64,000 nucleotides of DNA. Source: Ignavibacteriales bacterium (GTDB taxonomy: Bacteria > Bacteroidota > Ignavibacteria > UBA10030). The DNA is taken from positions 15,631-79,630 of the forward strand of contig JACPLA010000102.1 of the NCBI GenBank assembly GCA_016186715.1, given 5' to 3'. Below the pieces are notes generated by a model, which ran no database searches, was not told the origin of the DNA, and worked only from the letters and a program-made list of their open reading frames with translations. The position numbers and the translations under genes are program-made. Positions within the stretch are counted from its first letter, which is position 1; each line of letters starts with the position of its first letter. Positions 19,150 to 27,955 of the stretch are shown in pieces.

Positions 19150-19955
19150 GATCGGGTTAAAAGTTGAAAAGCGGCAATGAGCAGGACGACCGCAAAGAGA
19201 ATTGTCAGAGTTCGCGTCGTAAATTCTTTCGCGATGGATACCCCTACGACGGTCCCGGCGAAAACTCCCAGCGTGGCTGACGCTGTCAGCACGGGGTTTA
19301 CGTACCCGTGAGCAAAGTAAATGTACGCGCCGGCAGCCGCCGTCACTCCGATCATAAAGTTACTGGTTGCTGCTGCCGCTTTCATCGGAACGCCCGAAAG
19401 AAGAGTCATCGCCGGAACTTTGAAAATCCCCCCTCCGATTCCGAGAAGTCCCGAAAGATTTCCGGCCAGGAACGACACTCCCATCGTAGCCGGCAGGCGG
19501 TTGACGGAGTACGTCACTACTGTCTGTCGTGATTCGTCGTAATAAGCAGCAGGAAGCACGCCATCACCCCCACCCGAATCGTCAGACGGCGCTCGTCGCC
19601 AGATCATGATTCCTGAGACGGCCAGAAGAAGAACTCCAAAGATCCGTGCAAGAACTGTTGCGCTGAGGAAGGACGCCGTCAACCCGCCCAAGATTGCACC
19701 GGCAACGGTTGTCGTTTCCAGGGTCATGCCAAGCCGGATATTGACCGTTTGTCGTTCAAGGTTCATGGCAGCACCCGCGCTCGATGTCGCGATTACAGCG
19801 ACGATGCTCGTGGCAATCGCTTGGTGCATGGGAACCTGAAGAACGAGAACAAGGAACGGTATCAGGAACACACCGCCGCCCAATCCGAGCATGACGCCGA
19901 ATGTTCCAGCGAAGGCGCCTCCGACAAAAACGAGAATAAGTGAGCTGACCGACAC
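19146..19955 (-). CDS. TauE/SafE (TSUP) family anion exporter, second paralog
   Basis: A Gly-rich polytopic membrane protein (FVGGAFAGTFGVMLGLGGGVFLIPFL), 269 aa. Confidence 0.8.
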   Translation of the reverse strand: MSVSSLILVFVGGAFAGTFGVMLGLGGGVFLIPFLVLVLQVPMHQAIATSIVAVIATSSAGAAMNLERQTVNIRLGMTLETTTVAGAILGGLTASFLSATVLARIFGVLLLAVSGIMIWRRAPSDDSGGGDGVLPAAYYDESRQTVVTYSVNRLPATMGVSFLAGNLSGLLGIGGGIFKVPAMTLLSGVPMKAAAATSNFMIGVTAAAGAYIYFAHGYVNPVLTASATLGVFAGTVVGVSIAKEFTTRTLTILFAVVLLIAAFQLLTRS

Positions 19956-20026
19956 TGCGCTTGCGGATTGATAGGAAGTTGCAGAGGCAGAATACGGAAA
20001 AGAGGAAAAACTTTCAATGAATTACG

Positions 20027-21286
20027 TCAGGCCGAGTGTAATGTCAGGAGCGCGACCTCCGGCTTCACCATCCGGATCGGAACGCCCACCATGCCAACAC
20101 CGACGTTGACATACAGATGCTTTCCCTCCGCCTCAAAATGACCCATGGCATACTTGTGCACAAGATACACAGGGTTGAGATTCAATGGCCCCAGCCGAAA
20201 ACCAACCTGACCGCCGTGGGTGTGTCCGGCAAGGGTCAGATCGGCGCCGTATGAGCGAACCGTATCCCACATGTCGGGTCGGTGAGTCAGCATGATCTTG
20301 AAAGATTCAGGACAAACATTCTCAACGGCTTGGTCCAGCCGTGCAAAGTTCGCACGTCCCCTCCCGGCGTCATCAATTCCAACGATCGTCAACTCCCGGT
20401 TTTCGAGAATCAGCTTCTGATGACCGTTATTCAGCATGAACATCCCCCTCTGTTCCATCGCCGCGGAGACCTTGGAGGCTGTGGCAAAGTGGTCGTGGTT
20501 CCCCAGACAACCGAAGAGACCATGGTCTGCCTTCAGCATCTCGGTCGCTTTGTAGATCGATTCTATTTGAGCATCCGAGGTGTCAACAAAGTCTCCCGTC
20601 ACCATAATGAGCTGCGGTCTGAGGGAATTCACCAGCTCAAAAATCTCCCTCATGTTCTGTTCGCTCATAAAGATGCCCGAGTGAATATCGCTCACATGGG
20701 CGATCGTCAATCCATCCAGAGCTGCCGGGAAGTTTTCGAAGTGAAGATCCAAACGGTTAATCACATAGTCCCGCGCGGTGGCAAGGGAAGCCACGACAGG
20801 GATGGCTCCGGCGGCTGCCGCAGCCGAGAGTCCTCCGAGTTTCAGAAATCGGCGCCGCGAAGGATCGACCGGCTTCAGCTCCGGCGTTTGCTTTCCGGCG
20901 GGGCTGGATCTCAGGACCCACCGGAACATCCTGTCGCCTGCAAAAAACAGGAGCCGAATGACATCTGCACAAGTCACCAGCAAGGACGAAAGGACAACAA
21001 ACGCAAAGAAGAGTCCCATGGGATAGAGAAGAAAGACTTGCAGAAAAGGTTCCTGATACCATTCTGTTCCGCGCACGACAAACTGCAGGAGGAACAGGGC
21101 GTTCACAAGAAGAAGGGATCGTTTGAGCCAATTCAACCGCCGTTGCAGGATGTCTCCCTCGTAAACGCTCCTGCTCCACAACCGTACGAGTCGATACAGC
21201 CGGTACTGCATGAGCCCGAATAGCGTGAAAATGGAAACAAAAAAAACGAAAAACATGACTGTTTGATTCATAGCGAAAAACCTCAC
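20027..21286 (-). CDS. Membrane-anchored metallophosphoesterase (YkuE-like), with an internal twin-arginine-like motif
   Basis: Four N-terminal TM helices are followed by SRRRFLKLGGLSAAAAAGA and calcineurin-like motifs (HVSDIHSG, GDFVD, GNHDH, GHTHGGQ). Confidence 0.8.
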   Translation of the reverse strand: MRFFAMNQTVMFFVFFVSIFTLFGLMQYRLYRLVRLWSRSVYEGDILQRRLNWLKRSLLLVNALFLLQFVVRGTEWYQEPFLQVFLLYPMGLFFAFVVLSSLLVTCADVIRLLFFAGDRMFRWVLRSSPAGKQTPELKPVDPSRRRFLKLGGLSAAAAAGAIPVVASLATARDYVINRLDLHFENFPAALDGLTIAHVSDIHSGIFMSEQNMREIFELVNSLRPQLIMVTGDFVDTSDAQIESIYKATEMLKADHGLFGCLGNHDHFATASKVSAAMEQRGMFMLNNGHQKLILENRELTIVGIDDAGRGRANFARLDQAVENVCPESFKIMLTHRPDMWDTVRSYGADLTLAGHTHGGQVGFRLGPLNLNPVYLVHKYAMGHFEAEGKHLYVNVGVGMVGVPIRMVKPEVALLTLHSA

Positions 21287-21359
21287 CCTAACACGCGTTA
21301 ATCAATCCGCCACTCGGGATTGATTCCCGTATGGGGGCATTTTTAGATGACATCGCTCC

Positions 21360-22577
21360 CTAATACTCTTTACGATTTGCCCAGAAATTCATCAGCAGGC
21401 CCGACATCACCATATTTGCCAGCAACGCGGAACCCCCGTAGCTCAGGAAGGGAAGCGGTATGCCAATCACCGGCATGAGACCCATCGACATGCCGACGTT
21501 GATCAGCAGATGAGTAGCAAACACGGACGTAATACCGACGGCAGCAATGCTTGCAAACTTGTTTTTGGAAGCGGAGCCGACCGTCAGCCCGCGCAGCAAC
21601 AACGCTCCAAAAAGCACGAGAACGATCGAAGCCCCAAGAAAACCAAACTCTTCCCCGGGGACGCAGAAAATGAAATCGGTCCATTGTTCGGGAATGAAGT
21701 TCAGTTGGGTCTGCGTCCCCTTGAGGTATCCCTTGCCGAACATTCCGCCTGAACCAATGGCTACCTTGGCCTGCAAGACGTTGTAACCCGAACCCAGCGG
21801 ATCGGCTTCCGGATTAAGAAAAGTCATGATGCGTTTCTGTTGGTAGGACGGCATCCGCTCAAACACAAACTGCACCGAGAGTCCAACCGCGAGAGTGACG
21901 GCGAACGCCATGGCCGCAATGAATCGGTTTTTCCGACTGACGTAAAGAAGCACGGCGCTCACGATGACACTGGCAACAAAAAAGGATGTTCCAAAAAGAG
22001 CCCCGGCTGCAACGAGGAGCGGTGAAAGAATCGCGGCAAGAGAAAAATGATCGGCCCCCACCCAGTAAAGTACCGGAAGGATCACAGCTAAGAACACCAC
22101 GGACGTTCCGAGGTCCGGCTGGACAAGAACAAGACCCATGGGGATGACAATAAGGGTGATGGCAGCAAAGAGATGCTTCGGGTCGGAAATAAGCGTCGTG
22201 GACCGGGAAAGAAAGGCAGCGAACGCAAGAACTGCCGCGACCTTTGCAAACTCCGACGGCTGACCGCCGAGCCCCGCGACTCCTAGCCAGCTCCTGGAGC
22301 CCGATACAGTCTTCCCGATGACCAGCAAGGCAAGAAGAACAAGCAAGGAGACCACATAGGCGGGAAACGCCATCCGGTGAATTGTCTTCAGCGGCAAAAT
22401 CGCCGCCGCCAGCATCCCCACAAAACCGATCCCCGCCCACATGAGCTGGCGCTGAAAAATCAAGCCCGCACCTGCATCGTAGGTGGCGCTGTACACGGAG
22501 AGCAACCCCACTGCGACAAGCCCGAGGGTCACAAAGAATACCTTGAAATCAAAATACTCTTTGAAGTAAGCGAACAT
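21360..22577 (-). CDS. rodA: Rod shape-determining SEDS protein RodA
   Basis: An FtsW/RodA-fold polytopic protein placed immediately after mrdA in the mre operon. Confidence 0.85.
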   Translation of the reverse strand: MFAYFKEYFDFKVFFVTLGLVAVGLLSVYSATYDAGAGLIFQRQLMWAGIGFVGMLAAAILPLKTIHRMAFPAYVVSLLVLLALLVIGKTVSGSRSWLGVAGLGGQPSEFAKVAAVLAFAAFLSRSTTLISDPKHLFAAITLIVIPMGLVLVQPDLGTSVVFLAVILPVLYWVGADHFSLAAILSPLLVAAGALFGTSFFVASVIVSAVLLYVSRKNRFIAAMAFAVTLAVGLSVQFVFERMPSYQQKRIMTFLNPEADPLGSGYNVLQAKVAIGSGGMFGKGYLKGTQTQLNFIPEQWTDFIFCVPGEEFGFLGASIVLVLFGALLLRGLTVGSASKNKFASIAAVGITSVFATHLLINVGMSMGLMPVIGIPLPFLSYGGSALLANMVMSGLLMNFWANRKEY

Positions 22578-22580
22578 ATC

Positions 22581-24431
22581 TTAGCGCGCTTCCGTGATGA
22601 CTTTGACGGTGTCTGCCTGAACCAGAGGAGTTAATCGCGGGGTGTACCGGTATCGCTTGATGGCTCCGTGGATATATTTCTCCATGACAAGTCCTGCAAT
22701 CGGAGCCGCCTTCGCCCCCCCGGAGCCGGCATTTTCCAGCATAACCGCGATGGCAATGGAGGGTTGTTCGAACGGTGCAAATCCGACGAACCAGGAGTGA
22801 TCCTCACCATGAGGATTTTCAGCCGTTCCGGTTTTACCCGCAGCAACAATATCAGGGATCCGGGCCGCTCTCCCCGTTCCCCTGGGAGCATTCACGACCC
22901 GCTGCATTCCTTCACGGATCAGAGCAAGATTTGTGGCCGAGAGTCCCACAGGGCGTGTGTGCTGCTGGAACTCCTCGATCCGGTTTGTGAACTTGTTTCG
23001 AATCATTTGGACGGCATGCGGTTGCTGAACAGTTCCACCGTTTGCCAGTGCAGCTGCGTACACGGCCATTTGAAGGGGTGAAACGCCCAATTCACCCTGT
23101 CCGATCGCCAAACTCACCAGATATCCCTGAGTCCATCTCCCTTTTCCGTACACTCGGTCAAAATAGTCGGCTGACGGGAGAAGCCCCTGAGTTTCCTCGC
23201 CAATATCGGCCCCTGTCAGCTGCCCGAATCCAAAGCGGCGCCCGTACTCCGTCCATTTTTCGAAGCCTACCCTGTGAATAAGCTGATAGAAGAAAACGTT
23301 GCACGAACGCTGAATCGCCTCCACGACATTGACCGATCCGTGAACGCTCAAATCCTTAAAGGTCCTGTTTCCATACCGGTATGCCCCATAGCAGGTGTAA
23401 CGAAACTTCTCGTCGATGATTCCTTCTTCCAGGGCCGCGGCTGCGAGGACCATCTTATATGTTGAACCCGGTGGATAGCGTGTCATGGTTGCGCGATTGA
23501 ATAACGGTTTGGTGGTATCCGTGTTCAGACGTGTCCATTCCTCCACCGGCGTGACACCGCTGAAAATGGAAGGGTCGAAATCGGGCTTGCTGACAAGAGA
23601 CAAGATTCCCCCCGTTGAGGGATCAATCGCAACCAGCGCGCCACGATAGTTTGTCATGAGCGATTCCGCAAACGCCTGCAAACCGGCATCCAGGCTCAGA
23701 ATCAGGTCGAACCCTTCCTGAGGAGAGATGTCGTTCCTTCCATCCTCGAACGATCCTATGACCTTGCCCCGAGCGTTCACAGCAAGGAACTCGTACCCTT
23801 TCTGACCCCTGAGCATCACCTCATAACTGGCTTCCAAACCGGATGAGCCGATCAGATCTCCCAATTTGTAATAATCGCTGAGGCGGGCGAGTTGAGCATC
23901 CGAAATCTCCTTACAGTACCCGAGAAGATGGGATGCGTGTGCCTTCGTCGGATAGTACCTCTTCGAATCGACCTGATAATCCAAACCCGGCAGGAGATAC
24001 AAATGCTCTTCCAGGTCGGAAAGGGCGGTGAAGCTGATATCCCGTTTGATGCGCGTCGGCGAAAATCGGGAATACGCAATTCCTTTTTGCACACGTTCCT
24101 TGATCGCTCCTGTATCCATGCCGAGAATTGACGAGAGGATCGGGAGAGACCGCGGGTCGTATTCTGCCGGTGTAATGGTCACCGAATAAGAGGGGCCCAC
24201 ATCGACGACGAGGTGGCCCTTCCGGTCGAAGACGTAGCCGCGCAACGGCTCCCGCACAATGGCGCGGAGGGTATTCTCCGTGGATTTCCTCCCGAGCTCG
24301 ATATTGTAAAACATCTGAAGCTGGTAGAGTCGAAAGACGAGGAGTCCAAGAATGGCAAAAACGGCAACGCGGAGAGCGCGCCGCCTGGGTAGAGCGCCGA
24401 TGTCATCTTGATGATGAACAACGGTGCTCAT
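22581..24431 (-). CDS. mrdA: Penicillin-binding protein 2 (elongasome transpeptidase)
   Basis: Transpeptidase motifs (STYK…, SxN, KTGTA) in a 616-aa protein overlapping mreD by 4 nt. Confidence 0.85.
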   Translation of the reverse strand: MSTVVHHQDDIGALPRRRALRVAVFAILGLLVFRLYQLQMFYNIELGRKSTENTLRAIVREPLRGYVFDRKGHLVVDVGPSYSVTITPAEYDPRSLPILSSILGMDTGAIKERVQKGIAYSRFSPTRIKRDISFTALSDLEEHLYLLPGLDYQVDSKRYYPTKAHASHLLGYCKEISDAQLARLSDYYKLGDLIGSSGLEASYEVMLRGQKGYEFLAVNARGKVIGSFEDGRNDISPQEGFDLILSLDAGLQAFAESLMTNYRGALVAIDPSTGGILSLVSKPDFDPSIFSGVTPVEEWTRLNTDTTKPLFNRATMTRYPPGSTYKMVLAAAALEEGIIDEKFRYTCYGAYRYGNRTFKDLSVHGSVNVVEAIQRSCNVFFYQLIHRVGFEKWTEYGRRFGFGQLTGADIGEETQGLLPSADYFDRVYGKGRWTQGYLVSLAIGQGELGVSPLQMAVYAAALANGGTVQQPHAVQMIRNKFTNRIEEFQQHTRPVGLSATNLALIREGMQRVVNAPRGTGRAARIPDIVAAGKTGTAENPHGEDHSWFVGFAPFEQPSIAIAVMLENAGSGGAKAAPIAGLVMEKYIHGAIKRYRYTPRLTPLVQADTVKVITEAR

Positions 24432-24913
24432 GACCTTATTTTCCGGGAAAATGCAAACATGGGAAGCGCACTCAGCGCGGTCGTATAGGCCGTTGTCGCA
24501 AGAGTGTATTGGGCTGTTGTCCAGAGGAGGGAAACCTCCGCTCCCTGCAAAAAGATTACAAAGTAAATCACGTTATGAACAAGTGAACATATCACGACAA
24601 TCAGAAGAAACTGAGAGGTTCCCAGTGTTTGGTCCGTTTTGTTTTCATTAAAGAAATATCCCCCCAGAAATCCGGCGACGGTCTTTGAAAGAGCCGCCAG
24701 CCCCAGCAACTGCGTGGCCGCCACGTCCTGTAGGAAACCAACCAGGAATCCGGCTGTCATGGCCTCGGTTTGCCCACGGCGAATCGCCGTGTAGACAACC
24801 CAGACGAGCAGCAAATCCGGAACAAAGCCTCCAATCGCAAGGAACGGAACAAAAGTTGTCTGGAGAAGGAGAAGCCCAAGGACGATGAGGGCGGAGCGAA
24901 AATATCGGTGCAT
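24428..24913 (-). CDS. mreD: Rod shape-determining protein MreD
   Basis: A 161-aa protein with 5 TM helices in the canonical position before mrdA. Confidence 0.7.
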   Translation of the reverse strand: MHRYFRSALIVLGLLLLQTTFVPFLAIGGFVPDLLLVWVVYTAIRRGQTEAMTAGFLVGFLQDVAATQLLGLAALSKTVAGFLGGYFFNENKTDQTLGTSQFLLIVVICSLVHNVIYFVIFLQGAEVSLLWTTAQYTLATTAYTTALSALPMFAFSRKIRS

Positions 24914-24946
24914 TCAGTGATGCTCGATGTTTCGGGAAAATCTGAT

Positions 24947-25930
24947 TCAGGACATCTCCAGCACACGTCCGAAGAGAACTTCAAAACGAAAACTCTTGGC
25001 TTGGTGCCGCGATTCAATGTATTCCGCAATCTTCTCAAGACGGACGGGAATGGACATGATTTTTTCCTGCGCCTTGCGCCCCAACTCGTTCAAACCCGTC
25101 ACGAGATCGATCTTCCAGGTTGAGATGAGTTGCTCGACAATTGCCTTGTAATCCCGCGGCCCGTAGATCCCGGACCGGCGAACGACATCGGCGTACTCGT
25201 TGAAGTTCGCGATCGATATCCCCGGCATATCGATGCTGGGCATGATCTGTGACGCCGAAGAGAGCGCCTGGTTCGGATCCCGGTCCATGATTTCCGTGAA
25301 AACGCTTTTGTAAAATGCGTAATGCCGTGCCTCATCCTGGGAAATCCTCTGCGTAATAGAATAGAGCAGAGGCTCTTCGTTCATCGCCAGCTTTCCGGTA
25401 TTCAGATGCGAGACCTGGGTGGCCTTTTCCTGACAAGTCGTATAGACAAAAATCTGGTAGGGATCTCCCTTCCAGTCCGGATGAAACCCCGACCGGATGT
25501 AATCAAATTGCAGCCGTTCAAGAACGCGGAAGTTGAGGAGCCGGGAATCTCGGATGTAATCGCGAAGGATGTTCCCGTGCCGGTCTTCTTCGGCCGTCCA
25601 GAGCCCGTTCCAGAGTCCCCAAAAAGTGTCGCTGCCCAGGTTTTCGGCAATGAGCCGGTGGAAGTGAGGAAGTCCTTCTTCTGTCAGAATGTTCAGAGCG
25701 ATCGCGACCCGGGCGCTGTCGCCGATTCCACGCGCACGCTTCCTCAACGTACGGTAAAATTCCTCGTCATCCTTCCCTTGATCTGCCGGAAGGATTTCCG
25801 AGGGCCACCACAGATCCCTCTTCGCCTCGTGTTTGCTGATCAAGTCTTTCACGAGAGATTCGAGATCCCTCAGGACCTCGATTTTTGCCGACAAGCTTTT
25901 GGCTTTTCCTGTTGTGTCTTCCAGACCCAT
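24947..25930 (-). CDS. Soluble diiron acyl-ACP desaturase (stearoyl-ACP desaturase family)
   Basis: Both ExxH diiron motifs are present (WTAEEDRHGNILRDY and SQDEARHYAFYKSV) and closely match plant/mycobacterial Δ9 acyl-ACP desaturases. The RBS GGAGGAGACTCACCG precedes the ATG at 25930. Confidence 0.8.
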   Translation of the reverse strand: MGLEDTTGKAKSLSAKIEVLRDLESLVKDLISKHEAKRDLWWPSEILPADQGKDDEEFYRTLRKRARGIGDSARVAIALNILTEEGLPHFHRLIAENLGSDTFWGLWNGLWTAEEDRHGNILRDYIRDSRLLNFRVLERLQFDYIRSGFHPDWKGDPYQIFVYTTCQEKATQVSHLNTGKLAMNEEPLLYSITQRISQDEARHYAFYKSVFTEIMDRDPNQALSSASQIMPSIDMPGISIANFNEYADVVRRSGIYGPRDYKAIVEQLISTWKIDLVTGLNELGRKAQEKIMSIPVRLEKIAEYIESRHQAKSFRFEVLFGRVLEMS

Positions 25931-25981
25931 CGGTGAGTCTCCTCCTTTCAATCTATGAAAACACACGCCGATTGCAAACGC

Positions 25982-26854
25982 TTAGCGCGAAAACCGTTCT
26001 TCCGCCTGATGCTCAAGATCGATCCTTTCCTGATCCGGCACGGATGTCATCACAAAGACCTCCTCGAGCTTTATGAAATCAACGCTCGGCATGATCACAA
26101 CCTCCTTGAACAGGGATCCCGGCTTCTCGGAGATTGCTGAAACCAATCCGATGCGGATACCCGGTAGATATGTGCTGCTGTACTCGGACGTCAGGAGTAC
26201 GTCGCCCTGTTGAATATCGAGGGTCTTGGCAATATTCTTCAATGTCAGACGCGCGCCATCCCAGGCAACGATGCCGTCCACTCGACTCCGCTGAATTTTC
26301 GCGCTGGCACGGAAATCGGTATTGAGAAGAATATTAACAACCGAGTAATGCCGACTGGCAGCGACAACGACTCCAACAAGACCGGCATCATGAACCACGG
26401 GCATCGACGTGTGCACACCGTCTGCTTCTCCGACGTCCAGGGTCAGCGTGTTCCGAAGCAGGGTCAGGTTCTTGCTTACGATCTTCGCGGCAACAAAGTC
26501 GTAATTTCCCCTCCCCTTCAGCTCCAGCAACCGGCGAAGGCGCATGTTCTCCAAACGGGCCTCCCGTAACTGGTTGGCCTGGTCAGCCAATTCAATGTTC
26601 GTTCGCCGGAGAATCGAGTTCTCCGTCCCCAATCGCAAGTAGGCCGGAAAAAAAGAAACCCGATCCTGGATTACCCCCAACACAACTGTGGCGATCGTCC
26701 GGATTTGTTTCACCTGTGGAGCATCGTTGAGGGAAAGAAGAACGAGAGAAAGAATGACAAGCCCGGAAAGGAAAACATATTCCCGAAAATGGAGAAAGAG
26801 GTTGTAGAGTCGTTCAAGCATGAGGGAAAGAGCCGGTTCAGCGTGCCGGGTCAA
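25982..26854 (-). CDS. mreC: Rod shape-determining protein MreC
   Basis: An N-terminal TM helix, a coiled-coil segment and a beta-rich C-terminal domain, in the position after mreB. Confidence 0.8.
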   Translation of the reverse strand: MTRHAEPALSLMLERLYNLFLHFREYVFLSGLVILSLVLLSLNDAPQVKQIRTIATVVLGVIQDRVSFFPAYLRLGTENSILRRTNIELADQANQLREARLENMRLRRLLELKGRGNYDFVAAKIVSKNLTLLRNTLTLDVGEADGVHTSMPVVHDAGLVGVVVAASRHYSVVNILLNTDFRASAKIQRSRVDGIVAWDGARLTLKNIAKTLDIQQGDVLLTSEYSSTYLPGIRIGLVSAISEKPGSLFKEVVIMPSVDFIKLEEVFVMTSVPDQERIDLEHQAEERFSR

Positions 26855-26905
26855 GCACGTCGCGTTCAGACCGATAAGAATGAAAGCGCTCGGACGGTGC
26901 CGCGA

Positions 26906-27931
26906 CTAATATCGTTTGCTCTTGATCAACACTTTGGAGTATTGATCGAGGCTCTCGAGGACCTTTCCGGTTCCGCGGACAACAGCGGTCAAGGGATCCT
27001 CGGAGACGTGAACAGGAAGGTTTGTTTCCAAACGGAGACGCTCGTCAAGGTTCTTCAGCAGCGCCCCGCCTCCGCTCAACATGATCCCGCGGTCCAAAAT
27101 GTCGGCCGACAATTCGGGCGGAGTTCGTTCCAACGTCATCTTCACTGCTTCCACAATCTGCGCGATCGGCTCGTTCAATGCCTCCCGGATTTCCACCGAG
27201 CTTACCTCCGTAGTCTTTGGAACCCCGTTCACCAGATCACGCCCCTTGACCTGGATCGTAATCTCTTCGCGAAGCGGCATGGCCGATCCGACTTCGCATT
27301 TGATCGCCTCCGCGGTTCTTTCGCCGATCAGGATATTATGATTACGCTTGAAGAATTGAATGATAGCGTTGTTCATTTCATCGCCTGCGACGCGAATGGA
27401 CTCCTCGTTGACAATGCCCGAAAGAGCAATGACGGCAATTTCGGTCGTGCCTCCCCCGATATCCACTACCATGTTTCCAACCGGCGCATCGACGTCCAAC
27501 CCCACCCCGATTGCCGCCGCCATCGGCTCGGCAAGCAAATGAACCTCCTTGGCTCCCGCATGCTCCGCAGAATCCCGGACCGCCCGCTTTTCCACTTCGG
27601 TAATCCCGGATGGTACAGAGACGACAATCCGTTTGGCAGGCACCCAGGCGGAGTTGATCTTCTTGATAAATTCCCTCAGCATTCCTTCGGCAATTTCGAA
27701 ATCAGCAATAACACCGTCCTTCATCGGACGGATCGTGCGGATGTCGCGGTGAGTCCGACCCAGCATCTCGCGGGCTTCCTTCCCGATGGCGATGATCTTT
27801 TTTGTGTTCCGGTCAAAAGCAACAATGGAAGGCTCGTTGAGTACGATCCCCTTCCCCTTGATCCAAATCACCGTGTTGGCAGTGCCGAGATCGATGGCTA
27901 TGTCGGCGGAAAACAGTGAGAACAAACCCAT
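26906..27931 (-). CDS. mreB: Rod shape-determining actin homologue MreB
   Basis: MGLFSLFSADIAIDLGTANTVIW… matches the actin-fold ATPase motifs throughout. Confidence 0.9.
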   Translation of the reverse strand: MGLFSLFSADIAIDLGTANTVIWIKGKGIVLNEPSIVAFDRNTKKIIAIGKEAREMLGRTHRDIRTIRPMKDGVIADFEIAEGMLREFIKKINSAWVPAKRIVVSVPSGITEVEKRAVRDSAEHAGAKEVHLLAEPMAAAIGVGLDVDAPVGNMVVDIGGGTTEIAVIALSGIVNEESIRVAGDEMNNAIIQFFKRNHNILIGERTAEAIKCEVGSAMPLREEITIQVKGRDLVNGVPKTTEVSSVEIREALNEPIAQIVEAVKMTLERTPPELSADILDRGIMLSGGGALLKNLDERLRLETNLPVHVSEDPLTAVVRGTGKVLESLDQYSKVLIKSKRY

Positions 27932-27955
27932 GTGAGGACCAAAAAGTGAACGTTT

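Noticed and set aside
21287-21359. Hairpin CGGGA-ttgat-TCCCG downstream of the rodA stop
   Set aside because: The stem is short, there is no following U-tract on the transcribed strand, and it sits in a 73-bp spacer. It could be a weak terminator, but the evidence is insufficient to annotate.
26705-27919. 404-aa + strand ORF
   Set aside because: It is fully antisense to mreB and is not protein-like (Arg/Pro/Gly-rich with no domain signature). It is a typical high-GC antisense shadow ORF.
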